Notes under the pieces: model-generated | Seen by the model: the letters and a program-made list of their open reading frames with translations, nothing else | What the model was told of the DNA's origin: nothing | The model's database searches: none | Made by a program: the position numbers and the translations under genes | Part shown: piece after piece, positions 18,837-27,868 of the stretch | Position numbering within the stretch: position 1 is the first letter of the stretch | Layout of the letters: each line of letters begins with the position of its first letter | Assembly: GCA_964645705.1 (NCBI GenBank) | Contig: CAZYAB010000002.1 | Coordinates: forward strand, 88,155 to 152,154 | Source of the DNA: an uncultured Methanosarcinales archaeon | GTDB taxonomy: Archaea; Nanobdellota; Nanobdellia; Woesearchaeales; CAXGTL01 | Direction of reading: 5' to 3' | DNA: 64,000 nt

Positions 18837-19127
18837 ATGGAAAACAATATTGTTGAAACAATCAAACACATTAGCAAAGAACTAGAATCAGATGAAATGG
18901 ATGAAAGAGATAATTGGATGCAAGGTGCCACATTAGTAATCAAAGCTATAAATCTTATAAAAAAATATCCTAATATTGACGAAGATTCACTTGGCTATAA
19001 TCCAGACGCATATTTTGCAAACCAATTTTCAAAATATTGGTCAGGCGATAGAGCTGATGTTTACACAAGAAGGATTTTGATGATTGGCATGGAAAAATTA
19101 GGAGATGAGGCAATGAAAAATGCATGA
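18837..19127 (+). CDS. hypothetical protein
   Basis: G-rich RBS before 'MENNIV'. Internal start of the track ORF 18804-19127. Confidence 0.35.
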   Translation: MENNIVETIKHISKELESDEMDERDNWMQGATLVIKAINLIKKYPNIDEDSLGYNPDAYFANQFSKYWSGDRADVYTRRILMIGMEKLGDEAMKNA

Positions 19128-19515
19128 AGAAAATAATGAAACAAATAGAACATACAGAAAAGAAAAACCAAACAAAGTACTTAAAGAAAATGATTATCTA
19201 GAAAGAGCTATAGAAAGAATATATAAACAAAAACCAGACACTCCTGAAAACTTGGTTCAAGACTTGTTCAGGATCAGAAAGATGGTAACTGATGTAGAAA
19301 CACTTGCTACAAACAGAATAAATGATTTAGCAGGAAAATACACAGAAGATTTGCAATCACAATTAGAACAAGCACATTATGTAGAAGACATACGTGATGT
19401 TGTAAAACAAATATCTAGGAGATATAGAGAAGTTGTGTATGCACTTGCAGAACAACTAGGACTTTGTAAAGAAAAAATTAGCAAACTCGATGATGTCTCT
19501 TTTGAAGAATACTAA
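19120..19515 (+). CDS. hypothetical protein
   Basis: ORF overlapping the previous one by 8 nt. Confidence 0.4.
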   Translation: MHEENNETNRTYRKEKPNKVLKENDYLERAIERIYKQKPDTPENLVQDLFRIRKMVTDVETLATNRINDLAGKYTEDLQSQLEQAHYVEDIRDVVKQISRRYREVVYALAEQLGLCKEKISKLDDVSFEEY

Positions 19516-19642
19516 ATTAGTAACCAACCAGTAGTAAAATAAGCGAAAGATTTATAAAGGGGAAATCACCTCCCTATATTATAAAAAAGGGTTCTGGTGA
19601 TTTCACATATTATTGTATAAAAATATGTGGGGTATAAATAAA

Positions 19643-20302
19643 ATGAAAACAATAGGAAAAATTGCAACAATAGGAGCATTAGTAACTAGTTTACTATGTG
19701 CAGCACCAAGAACAGAAGCAGAAGAAATCATAAGTTTCACTGTTGAAGGTGAAAAACAAGAAAGACAAGTTGATCTAGAAACAATAGATGAAAAAATCAA
19801 TGAATTACAAGAAAAGTATGCACAAGCTTCAACACAAGAAGAGAAAAAATTCTATGAAAAAGAATTAGAAATATATAAAGGTATTAAAGGAATAGGGGCT
19901 GTGATGAGAGGATTAGGAGAAATCTTTGGTACAGTTGCCCAAGTTGTAGTAGGAGTTGCAGGAACAGAACAAGATCCAAATGTTTCTGTAAAAAGACAAC
20001 AACAAACATATCAAACAGAGCTTAAATTACTAGCATCACAATATCTTGATCAATTACTTAATGTTACAAATAGAAAAAAAGCAAAGAACTTGATATCAAT
20101 GTATGGACATAATTTTCAACAAGAAGCACAACAAAGTACAGGATTAGGAAGCGAAGTATTACCAAGTAATTGTGATTTTAGACCTGGAAGAATAAGAAAA
20201 GCAATGGAATATCTTGTTAATGAAGTACAAAGAAGATATTCACAAGAAGAAATTGATGATTTAAAAGATTCAAACCCAGGAATACAAGCATTATATGAAT
20301 AA
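19643..20302 (+). CDS. secreted coiled-coil protein (signal peptide 'MKTIGKIATIGALVTSLLCAAPRTEA'). The C-terminal 'NPGIQALYE' motif is shared with 25409-26128
   Basis: Signal-peptide-like N-terminus. Paralog further along the window. Confidence 0.45.
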   Translation: MKTIGKIATIGALVTSLLCAAPRTEAEEIISFTVEGEKQERQVDLETIDEKINELQEKYAQASTQEEKKFYEKELEIYKGIKGIGAVMRGLGEIFGTVAQVVVGVAGTEQDPNVSVKRQQQTYQTELKLLASQYLDQLLNVTNRKKAKNLISMYGHNFQQEAQQSTGLGSEVLPSNCDFRPGRIRKAMEYLVNEVQRRYSQEEIDDLKDSNPGIQALYE

Positions 20303-20322
20303 GAACAAGGAGGCAACACAAA

Positions 20323-20484
20323 ATGGCAAAGATAAAATATTTGGAATTAACAGAACCTTTGAGACCAGTATCTACTGCTTTTGACCAAGATAATGATAAG
20401 TATACAATATTTCAAGACTTAAATTATTATGGATCAATGGCTGATAGACCTATATTTTCAAGGGTTATAGATGATAGTGAATAA
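20323..20484 (+). CDS. small hypothetical protein (53 aa)
   Basis: 'ACAAGGAGGCAACACAAAATG' is a strong SD. Not in the ORF track. Confidence 0.3.
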   Translation: MAKIKYLELTEPLRPVSTAFDQDNDKYTIFQDLNYYGSMADRPIFSRVIDDSE

Positions 20485-20527
20485 TTTTTTTATTTTATTT
20501 TTTTTAATATAAAAATTAAACTCAAAA

Positions 20528-22747
20528 ATGAATACAACTTCAGAACAAAAATCCTCAACATCTCATCTTGAAGGATTTTTAAGAAAAATAGATCAACTTA
20601 GTATTTTACAAACTCCTGCTAATGAACTTAGAGATTATGATCCTGAACTTGAAGAAACTAATGAAGACTTGCTTAGACAAGAAGCATCTGAATTAGAAAG
20701 AAAAGTATCTGAATTATTAGAACTTGAACCTAATTCTAAAGATATTGCAACATATATTATAAAAAATGGTCTAGATCCAGAATTATTCATGGATTTGATT
20801 GAACAAAAATATACTGATTTTAAAACATTAAAAGGGGGTAATAGCAGGTCTTGTTTTGAAGCAAAATGGGGTGCTCATGAATTAGTTTTCAAATTTGATG
20901 TTTTGCATGATTATGATAATGATGATAATAGGGGCGGAACAAACATAGATGAAATAGAAGCATTATTACACTTGCCCGATCCAGAATTACATAACATAGT
21001 TGAGATGAAGGGTTTTATTGATCTAACAAAATATAATGGAAAAGGTTATTTAACTATTGAAAAAAAGTTTGATGGTGTTTCTTTATTTGATTATGTTCAA
21101 GAACATGGACCACTATCTGCAAAACAATTTGAACAATTAGTTCCAGAAGTTTTAAAAGCACTTAGTCATTCATATGCAAAAGAATACAAAGGCAGACCAA
21201 AACCACAGATTCTTCACAGAGATTTTCATGCAGGAAACATACTTATAAAGTGTGAGTATAATGAAAACATAAATCCAATTTTTCGTGATGAAAGTGTACT
21301 TTGGGTTCGTGGTAGTGAAGACATAAAAGAAGTTAGAATAACAGATTTTGCAACAGCTTCAAAAAGCGAAGATTTAGAATCTAAGACAGAACAAAGCGTT
21401 ACAATACATGCTTTATCAATACAAGATCCATTATTAAGTTATACTTTTACAAGAAAAGAAACAAAATATTCCCCAGCTTCACAACTTTATGAACTAGGTG
21501 TTGATCTTTATTATTCTTTGACAAAAAGATCAATATTTACATTTAATTCAAAACAAAAGATTGCAGAAGTTAAAAAGACTGGTGAAAGTTTATTGAACGA
21601 AGACGGAACATTGAACATAGATCTTTATGAAAAAGCATTAGATAATGCTTTAGACAAACTTCCAGATGAAGTAAAAGCATATAAAGATATATTATTTAAT
21701 CTTTTAAGCTTAAAACAAAGAGTAGATGATCCAGAAATAAACCCTAATTATGATTCTGAAAATCCTTTTGATGATTTAATTGAAGATTTTAAACAAACAA
21801 AACAACTCAATTATGATGCTAATCTTGCTAAAATTAGAGAAAAGGCAGAAAAGGATAAATTAGAGTTAGAAAATATAACAAAACCAATATATGAAAAACA
21901 ACCTTTTTACAAAAGATTATTAGGAAATAAGTTTGCACTTGCAACTGGCGCGCTTGGTTTGATAGGATTGTTAGTGTTTGGAAGAGGCATGTATGCTGGT
22001 AAAGAAACAAAAGTTTTTGAACATCCGCCAATTGCAGCACAAACAGAAAAACAACCAGAAGAACAACAAGAAGAAAACATGCCAATTGCCGAACAACCAG
22101 CACAACCAGAAGAAAACATAATACCAGAACAAATAAGAGAACCAGAACAAGAAAATAAAAAACCACAAATGAATACACAAAAATTAAGTCTTGAAAACAA
22201 GATTCAAAATGGTGCTTATGTTGATGTTAATAATGGTGATTGGAGATATGTAAAGAGTTATTTTGATTATGATTTGCAAACTAATTTAAATAAGCATCAA
22301 CACAAATCTAATGGTACTATAATTGATGTCACTGATCTTAATATTGTGAAAGATACTTTTATTCCAACAGCAGTTAATGAGATTAAAAACAATGCTTATG
22401 TTGATGTTAAGAATAGTGATTGGAAATATGTAAAGAGTTATTTTGATTATGATTTGCAAACTAATTTAAATAAGCATCAACACAAATCTAATGGTACTAT
22501 AATTGATGTCACTGATCTTAATATTGTGAAAGATACTTTTATTCCAACAGGAGTTAATGAGATTAAAGAGCACGCATATATTGATACTAAGAATGGTGAT
22601 TGGAAACCTGTAAAGAATTATTTTGATTATGATTTTAATACTCATTTATACAAGTATCAGCACAAAGAAAATGGTTCTATAATTGAAGTTACTGATCTTA
22701 ATATTGTGAAAAGATTTACAATACCAACTAATGTAACTGCAAACTAA
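20528..22747 (+). CDS. membrane-anchored Hanks-type (eukaryotic-like) protein kinase domain protein. It has an N-terminal kinase, one TM helix, a P/E/Q-rich linker and three tandem ~60-aa C-terminal repeats
   Basis: 'ILHRDFHAGNILIK' (catalytic loop HRD...N), 'ITDFATAS' (DFG-like), Gly-rich 'LKGGNSRSCFEA', 'VFKF'. The TM helix is 'FALATGALGLIGLLVFG'. Confidence 0.6.
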   Translation: MNTTSEQKSSTSHLEGFLRKIDQLSILQTPANELRDYDPELEETNEDLLRQEASELERKVSELLELEPNSKDIATYIIKNGLDPELFMDLIEQKYTDFKTLKGGNSRSCFEAKWGAHELVFKFDVLHDYDNDDNRGGTNIDEIEALLHLPDPELHNIVEMKGFIDLTKYNGKGYLTIEKKFDGVSLFDYVQEHGPLSAKQFEQLVPEVLKALSHSYAKEYKGRPKPQILHRDFHAGNILIKCEYNENINPIFRDESVLWVRGSEDIKEVRITDFATASKSEDLESKTEQSVTIHALSIQDPLLSYTFTRKETKYSPASQLYELGVDLYYSLTKRSIFTFNSKQKIAEVKKTGESLLNEDGTLNIDLYEKALDNALDKLPDEVKAYKDILFNLLSLKQRVDDPEINPNYDSENPFDDLIEDFKQTKQLNYDANLAKIREKAEKDKLELENITKPIYEKQPFYKRLLGNKFALATGALGLIGLLVFGRGMYAGKETKVFEHPPIAAQTEKQPEEQQEENMPIAEQPAQPEENIIPEQIREPEQENKKPQMNTQKLSLENKIQNGAYVDVNNGDWRYVKSYFDYDLQTNLNKHQHKSNGTIIDVTDLNIVKDTFIPTAVNEIKNNAYVDVKNSDWKYVKSYFDYDLQTNLNKHQHKSNGTIIDVTDLNIVKDTFIPTGVNEIKEHAYIDTKNGDWKPVKNYFDYDFNTHLYKYQHKENGSIIEVTDLNIVKRFTIPTNVTAN
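22201..22740 (+). repeat. 3 x 180-bp direct tandem repeat inside the kinase gene (copies 1 and 2 near-identical, copy 3 diverged)
   Basis: Lines 22261-22320 and 22441-22500 are identical. The period is exactly 180 nt. Confidence 0.85.
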
Positions 22748-23661
22748 CTCTTAATTATACCAATCAATGCACTGCTGCAATGATAAAACATTCTTATTGT
22801 ATTAATTAAATAATGAATTACAGGTTTTTCATTGTCTTTTTTAGAATCAAGGCTTTTTATGCCAAACTTGAATGCATAAGTAGTCTCAATGTTATGTATG
22901 TCTTTAACAATATTCAAATCTTTTGTAACATAAAGTGAATGTAATTTATCTAATTGTTCTTTAGAAGCTTTTAATAGTTTTCTGATGTCTGAATTCATTT
23001 TTATCTTGTTTCTATAAACATGATCATTAAGAAAACCAAGATTTCTTACTGCGAGTGTTATGTTTGATAAGAATAACCAATAAATAGGTGCAAGTTTAGT
23101 AGAAAATAGACCTTTTGAAATACATCTTCTTAAGAAATTAGCATATTTATGAACACTTATTGCAAGTTCTTCTGCTTCTTTGAATTCTTGTCTTTTCCTT
23201 TTTGTGATATTGGTTTCTAATATTCTTATTATTTCTTTTAAAATAAAGAATTCTTTGTTAATTATAGTATTAAAATTCTCAATACTTGGCTCTGTTATTG
23301 ATTCTATAACGCAATCTTTGTCAGATCTTGATTTTATGTCAAAACCTATGATTCCTGTTTCAACTGTTTTTTTGATTGTTTTTAGTGCTTTTTTATCTTC
23401 AAATTTAATAGTAATTTTGTCATATCCTTGCCTGTAAAGGTTGACAATCACTCTTCGTATGATGCTCTGTTCTGATATTGGCAATTTAACTGTTGTTTCT
23501 AATCTTTGTTTTTTTTTCTTTGACTCAATCACTAGTTTATTATTCTCTTCATCGACGTCAACTTCGTCTCCTGCTTTTAATCCAATCTTATTAATCCACT
23601 TCTTAGGAACATAGATTGTCAAGCCACCGCCTCCGCCTTGCTTGATCAATTTTCTTTTCAT
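22744..23661 (-). CDS. AbrB-PhoU type regulator paralog 3
   Basis: N-terminus 'MKRKLIKQGGGGGLTIYVPKKWINKIGLKAGDEVDV'. Collinear with 1279-2211. Confidence 0.5.
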   Translation of the reverse strand: MKRKLIKQGGGGGLTIYVPKKWINKIGLKAGDEVDVDEENNKLVIESKKKKQRLETTVKLPISEQSIIRRVIVNLYRQGYDKITIKFEDKKALKTIKKTVETGIIGFDIKSRSDKDCVIESITEPSIENFNTIINKEFFILKEIIRILETNITKRKRQEFKEAEELAISVHKYANFLRRCISKGLFSTKLAPIYWLFLSNITLAVRNLGFLNDHVYRNKIKMNSDIRKLLKASKEQLDKLHSLYVTKDLNIVKDIHNIETTYAFKFGIKSLDSKKDNEKPVIHYLINTIRMFYHCSSALIGIIKS

Positions 23662-23830
23662 ATCCTATGGTATATCTTGCTTATTTATATACTTTTCGGT
23701 TATCATATTCATCATATCTTTCATATCAGTAGGATATTAATAATTGTTTTACTATCCTTACTAAATATAACCATAAAAAAGAGTTCTCAGAATAACCCCA
23801 AACAATCACAAAAAAAGAGGGTGATGGTAG

Positions 23831-24055
23831 ATGGAGATGATGACTATGTCAAGATACAAAACAAAACATACAGGCATGAAAACAATAATACTGTCTGCAA
23901 TAGGGGCATATGCACTAACTAAATTTATGTGTCCTGATTTTGATATCCTTCCTGATTTTAATTATGATAAATCAACAGAAGTGTATCAAACAAGACAAGC
24001 ACAAGAATTCCAACATCCTGTGATTGGAATCACAACTGAGCATAATAGAGGTTAA
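23831..24055 (+). CDS. small membrane protein (74 aa). First gene of a long co-directional array
   Basis: ORF containing a hydrophobic helix 'IILSAIGAYALTKFM'. Confidence 0.3.
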   Translation: MEMMTMSRYKTKHTGMKTIILSAIGAYALTKFMCPDFDILPDFNYDKSTEVYQTRQAQEFQHPVIGITTEHNRG

Positions 24056-24059
24056 TAAA

Positions 24060-24953
24060 ATGAATAATAAAAATAAACTAACTTTAGGAGCAATTTTATT
24101 AGGATCAATGTATTTTTTAAATCCTTTTTCAACACCTGTTAGAGCCCAGGAATTACATATGAATGGCGAATATTCTGGAGAAAAAGTAACAATACAACAA
24201 CCACAAGTACCAAAAACACAACAATCAGTAGATAATGTTATTGAAAGAACAGAAGCAATAAAAGAATATAATCGAATGAATGATTTATTCCAATCTCATG
24301 TATTTGGTGATGGCTATACAAAAGAGAATCCTGCTTGGGGTTCTATTTATGAAAGATTGCACACTGCTGTGAAAAGAAAACGTAAGCAAGATGATCTTGA
24401 TTATAAAGTAGATGGTAATACAAGTCAAAATGATTTGAATTTTTTGGTTGACCACATGGATGATGATATAAGTAATTTTAATTTGGATAAAATAAAAAAT
24501 AGAACAAGAATGTTCAAACTTGCTTATGTAGTAAGAGATAAGACAGAGTTTAACAAAGAACTAAACAAATATCGCAAAGCTGTTAATTTTTTCAAACTAA
24601 ATCTTTATGGAAATGGTTGCGAAGAGTTTCCTGGTTTTGGTTCTATTGCTGAAAGATATTTAAGACTTAGATCAGAAGGAAACTTGCTAAGATATGGAAT
24701 TGTTCTAAATAATCATGAATTTAGATTTTTGATAGATCACAAAGATGATAATGCTAATCATCTTGGCATAAGAGAAATTCAAAAAAGAACAGACTTGTAT
24801 GAAGAAGCAAATGTAATCAAACACAAAAACAAGTCTGAAAGAAACAAAGAAAGAATTAAGAACGGCTTGAAAGAAGCAGGTGACAAAGTAAAAAAGATTG
24901 CACCTGTGTATAAAGACCTAAAAAAAGCAAAAGAGATTACAGGCGGACTTTAA
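24060..24953 (+). CDS. secreted protein with an internal two-fold duplication (signal peptide 'MNNKNKLTLGAILLGSMYFLNPFSTPVRAQE')
   Basis: The repeats 'FGDGYTKENPAWGSIYERL' and 'YGNGCEEFPGFGSIAERYL' are followed by 'FLVDHMDDD' and 'FLIDHKDDN'. Confidence 0.45.
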   Translation: MNNKNKLTLGAILLGSMYFLNPFSTPVRAQELHMNGEYSGEKVTIQQPQVPKTQQSVDNVIERTEAIKEYNRMNDLFQSHVFGDGYTKENPAWGSIYERLHTAVKRKRKQDDLDYKVDGNTSQNDLNFLVDHMDDDISNFNLDKIKNRTRMFKLAYVVRDKTEFNKELNKYRKAVNFFKLNLYGNGCEEFPGFGSIAERYLRLRSEGNLLRYGIVLNNHEFRFLIDHKDDNANHLGIREIQKRTDLYEEANVIKHKNKSERNKERIKNGLKEAGDKVKKIAPVYKDLKKAKEITGGL

Positions 24954-24965
24954 GAGGTTAAGAAA

Positions 24966-25412
24966 ATGAATGAACTAGAAAAAATAATGTCAAAACATAA
25001 AGAACCTGAACAATCACAACAAACGCAAGAATCTCTATACAAACCAAAATTTGATGCGTTTGGTATTATGGCAGTAGGTCTTGCATCAACATTATTAACA
25101 ATCTTTGGGCTTTGCATTGGAATTGAAATGTATGAAACAAAAAGATTTAACAGAGAAACACCTATCAATGATTCTCTTTGGGATCTGAGGTTTGCACGAG
25201 CAGATGACAGCTATGATTTAGTTAATACGTATATGAATAGAGATTCAGGTGAAATTATTTATATTAATGAGTCTCAGAGAATAGTTTCTTCTGATGCTCC
25301 AGAAGGTGTAAAAAACAGTACCAAGGGCAGATATGTTTCTAAAGAAGAATTGTACAATGATTGGCAATATGTTGGTCAAGAAAAACAAACTAAGGAGAGT
25401 GAAACAAAATGA
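24966..25412 (+). CDS. membrane-anchored protein (N-terminal TM). Paralog of 26130-26843
   Basis: TM helix 'FGIMAVGLASTLLTIFGLCIGI'. Shares 'YINESQRIV' and 'YNDWQYVG' motifs with 26130. Confidence 0.4.
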   Translation: MNELEKIMSKHKEPEQSQQTQESLYKPKFDAFGIMAVGLASTLLTIFGLCIGIEMYETKRFNRETPINDSLWDLRFARADDSYDLVNTYMNRDSGEIIYINESQRIVSSDAPEGVKNSTKGRYVSKEELYNDWQYVGQEKQTKESETK

Positions 25413-26128
25413 GTTTAACAAAAATATTAACAACAACAGCATTAGTAGGAGGTATGATGTTTAACTATTTAGTTAAACCAGTTTTGGCAATTAACAATAA
25501 AGCAAAACAAGCACAAGAAACTGTAATTGATTATAATGCTGAATTAAAAAGATTAGATGAATTATATGAAAAAGCAACAACAGATGATCAAAGATCTAAG
25601 ATAGATGAACTAAGAACAAGATATCAAAGCATTAAATCATTAAATGAAGAACTTAGTGAATTAGAAACATCAATAAGCACAGACACACAAGAAACACTAG
25701 CAACACAAGCAGAAATATTGCCACAAGAAGCAGGACAATTAGATGAAATTACAACAAACGACATACCTCATTATGAAGTTCCTGTGCATAATCTAGCACA
25801 TCATTATTTAAAACAAATAATGAATATACCAGAACAACCTCTTGCAACATCACCAAGTCATAATTTCTATTTAAAAAGAAATGTTGCAGACATGCTCATT
25901 GCATCATATGCATGCGAGCTACAGCACGGAAAAAATGTAGAAAAAGATGGAGACACAATTATTGTCAGAATGAGAGGACATGTTTCTGGAAATTATATTC
26001 AAAAAGCAAGACGTAAGCTAAAGCAAGCAGTAGAATCAATCTACACACTTGAACAAATACAAGATCTTGCAAATGCAAACCCGGGAATTAGTACACTATA
26101 TCCTGGAACATTTATAGGAGGCGAATAA
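25409..26128 (+). CDS. secreted coiled-coil protein. Paralog of 19643-20302 (C-terminal 'NPGISTLYPG')
   Basis: Signal peptide. Shared C-terminal motif block. Confidence 0.45.
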   Translation: MSLTKILTTTALVGGMMFNYLVKPVLAINNKAKQAQETVIDYNAELKRLDELYEKATTDDQRSKIDELRTRYQSIKSLNEELSELETSISTDTQETLATQAEILPQEAGQLDEITTNDIPHYEVPVHNLAHHYLKQIMNIPEQPLATSPSHNFYLKRNVADMLIASYACELQHGKNVEKDGDTIIVRMRGHVSGNYIQKARRKLKQAVESIYTLEQIQDLANANPGISTLYPGTFIGGE

Positions 26129-26129
26129 A

Positions 26130-26843
26130 ATGGTTGAAAATTTACAAGATAGAATTCAAGAAAATATAGAAAGAAGAAGAATAAATTATAATGGAACTAG
26201 TGGTCCTAAAAGAGCATTAATGCTTTTTGTTATTGCAGCGCTTGGATACGGAGCATACTATACTTATGGATTGTTTTCAGATGATAAAGATGTTCCTTAT
26301 GAAAAACAAGCAAAACAAATTGTTAGAGAATATATGCCAGAATTAGAAAAAGGACAAGAATATTTCCCTGGCTCTGTTCCAATTGATTCAGAAGGTGTTG
26401 AAGAAAAAACAAAACCTTTTGAAAAATATATCTATAACCCTGATAAAGATCCACAGCCTACAACCACAGAACAAGAACCAGAACAGCAACCAGAACAAGA
26501 AGATAACGGAAGACTTTACATGAATGAATCAACAGGAGAATTAATTCGTATTAATGACAGAGGAATAATTCTTTCATATGACAAACCAGCGGCTGTGAAT
26601 GAATTAGTAGAAGGTGCTTATGTATATGAAAATACTTTGTATAATGAATGGAATGATTTAGGAAAAGGCGAAGAATCAGGAAATTATTATTTCCAAAATC
26701 CAACAACAGGCACTATAATTTCTATTAACAAATATTTCAGAATACAGTCAGTTGAACAACCAAAACAATCAGATGAATTAGAACCAGGTGTTTACATTCA
26801 TGAAAACACTTTGATGAATGAATGGAATCATGTTGAAGAATGA
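26130..26843 (+). CDS. membrane-anchored protein with repeated 'Y.(H/Y)EN(T)L(Y/M)NEWN' modules
   Basis: N-terminal TM. Three internal repeats. Confidence 0.4.
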   Translation: MVENLQDRIQENIERRRINYNGTSGPKRALMLFVIAALGYGAYYTYGLFSDDKDVPYEKQAKQIVREYMPELEKGQEYFPGSVPIDSEGVEEKTKPFEKYIYNPDKDPQPTTTEQEPEQQPEQEDNGRLYMNESTGELIRINDRGIILSYDKPAAVNELVEGAYVYENTLYNEWNDLGKGEESGNYYFQNPTTGTIISINKYFRIQSVEQPKQSDELEPGVYIHENTLMNEWNHVEE

Positions 26844-27598
26844 CGGTGAATAAAATGAATAAGTTAGTAAAAAATATAGGAAAAGGATTGGGTCTTACAA
26901 TACTTGCAAGCATGTTATTTGTAAACCCTGTAAATGCACAAGAGAACCAAGTAAAAGATCAGAAACATCAAAAACCAAGCATAAGTTATTTGAATTTTTA
27001 TTCAACAGATTGCACTCCTTTGTCACGCGGAAAATCAGGTGAAGAATCAGTACTTATGTTAGGAATTGGAGATGATGAATATATGATCGCAGACAGAAAT
27101 AGTAATGATAAACCTGATTTTGCAGACGTAACTGAAAACAGAGTAAGATATGAATTATCAACAGAATCTATTGTAGACAGGTTTTATGGTAATTTTTATA
27201 GAAGAATTGTAAATGGTTTAGTAAAAAATTATTGTAATAAACTTAGAGAGATAATAGAGGGAGAAGTACAGCCGAAAGTTTTTAATCTCTTTTTAGAAAA
27301 AGAAAAACAAGATTCTGATGAATCAAGGGAAGTTGCTAATCTTTATGCAATTGGCCCTGATAATGTTTTGTATGCCTTCAGAATGTATAAAGATGATTTT
27401 ACCCTCCTGGATTTCGATCTTCAAGACAGAGATAGAAATGTTAACATAAAAATTAAGAACAATTTTCCTGAAAAAGTTCAAGAGATGCTCAGTGATGTAT
27501 TTACTTCATTAACTGATTCTTGTACAGAACTTAATGAAACAGTTAATGAGTACAGTAAAAAAAGACAAGAAGAGATCTTGAATCAATTAGGTTATTAG
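26840..27598 (+). CDS. secreted hypothetical protein (signal peptide 'ILASMLFVNPVNAQE')
   Basis: ORF overlapping the previous gene by 4 nt. Confidence 0.45.
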   Translation: MTVNKMNKLVKNIGKGLGLTILASMLFVNPVNAQENQVKDQKHQKPSISYLNFYSTDCTPLSRGKSGEESVLMLGIGDDEYMIADRNSNDKPDFADVTENRVRYELSTESIVDRFYGNFYRRIVNGLVKNYCNKLREIIEGEVQPKVFNLFLEKEKQDSDESREVANLYAIGPDNVLYAFRMYKDDFTLLDFDLQDRDRNVNIKIKNNFPEKVQEMLSDVFTSLTDSCTELNETVNEYSKKRQEEILNQLGY

Positions 27599-27868
27599 GT
27601 GGATAAACAAATGTTTGAAAAAAAACCACAACAATATGGAGTAGTAATGCTTAGTAAAGATCAAGACATTAGTTATAAGATTTCACAGATCTTTAATGAT
27701 AATAATGGACAAGTAGATTTGCGCGTCATGTGTCAAGAACTGTTATTGAGATTTAATTTTCTTCCAATGAGATTTGTCTCTGCTGACAAAGAAAAAAAGA
27801 TTTCAAATTACAGAGAATTAGGTCTTTCTCTTTACCCAATAATTGATAATATAATCTATGAAAAATGA
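27599..27868 (+). CDS. small hypothetical protein
   Basis: ORF with tight coupling on both sides. Confidence 0.35.
   Translation: MDKQMFEKKPQQYGVVMLSKDQDISYKISQIFNDNNGQVDLRVMCQELLLRFNFLPMRFVSADKEKKISNYRELGLSLYPIIDNIIYEK

Noticed and set aside
22201-22740. The 180-bp tandem repeat as a possible CRISPR array or satellite
   Set aside because: The period of 180 nt is far longer than CRISPR repeats, the reading frame is continuous, and it encodes protein repeats within the kinase gene.
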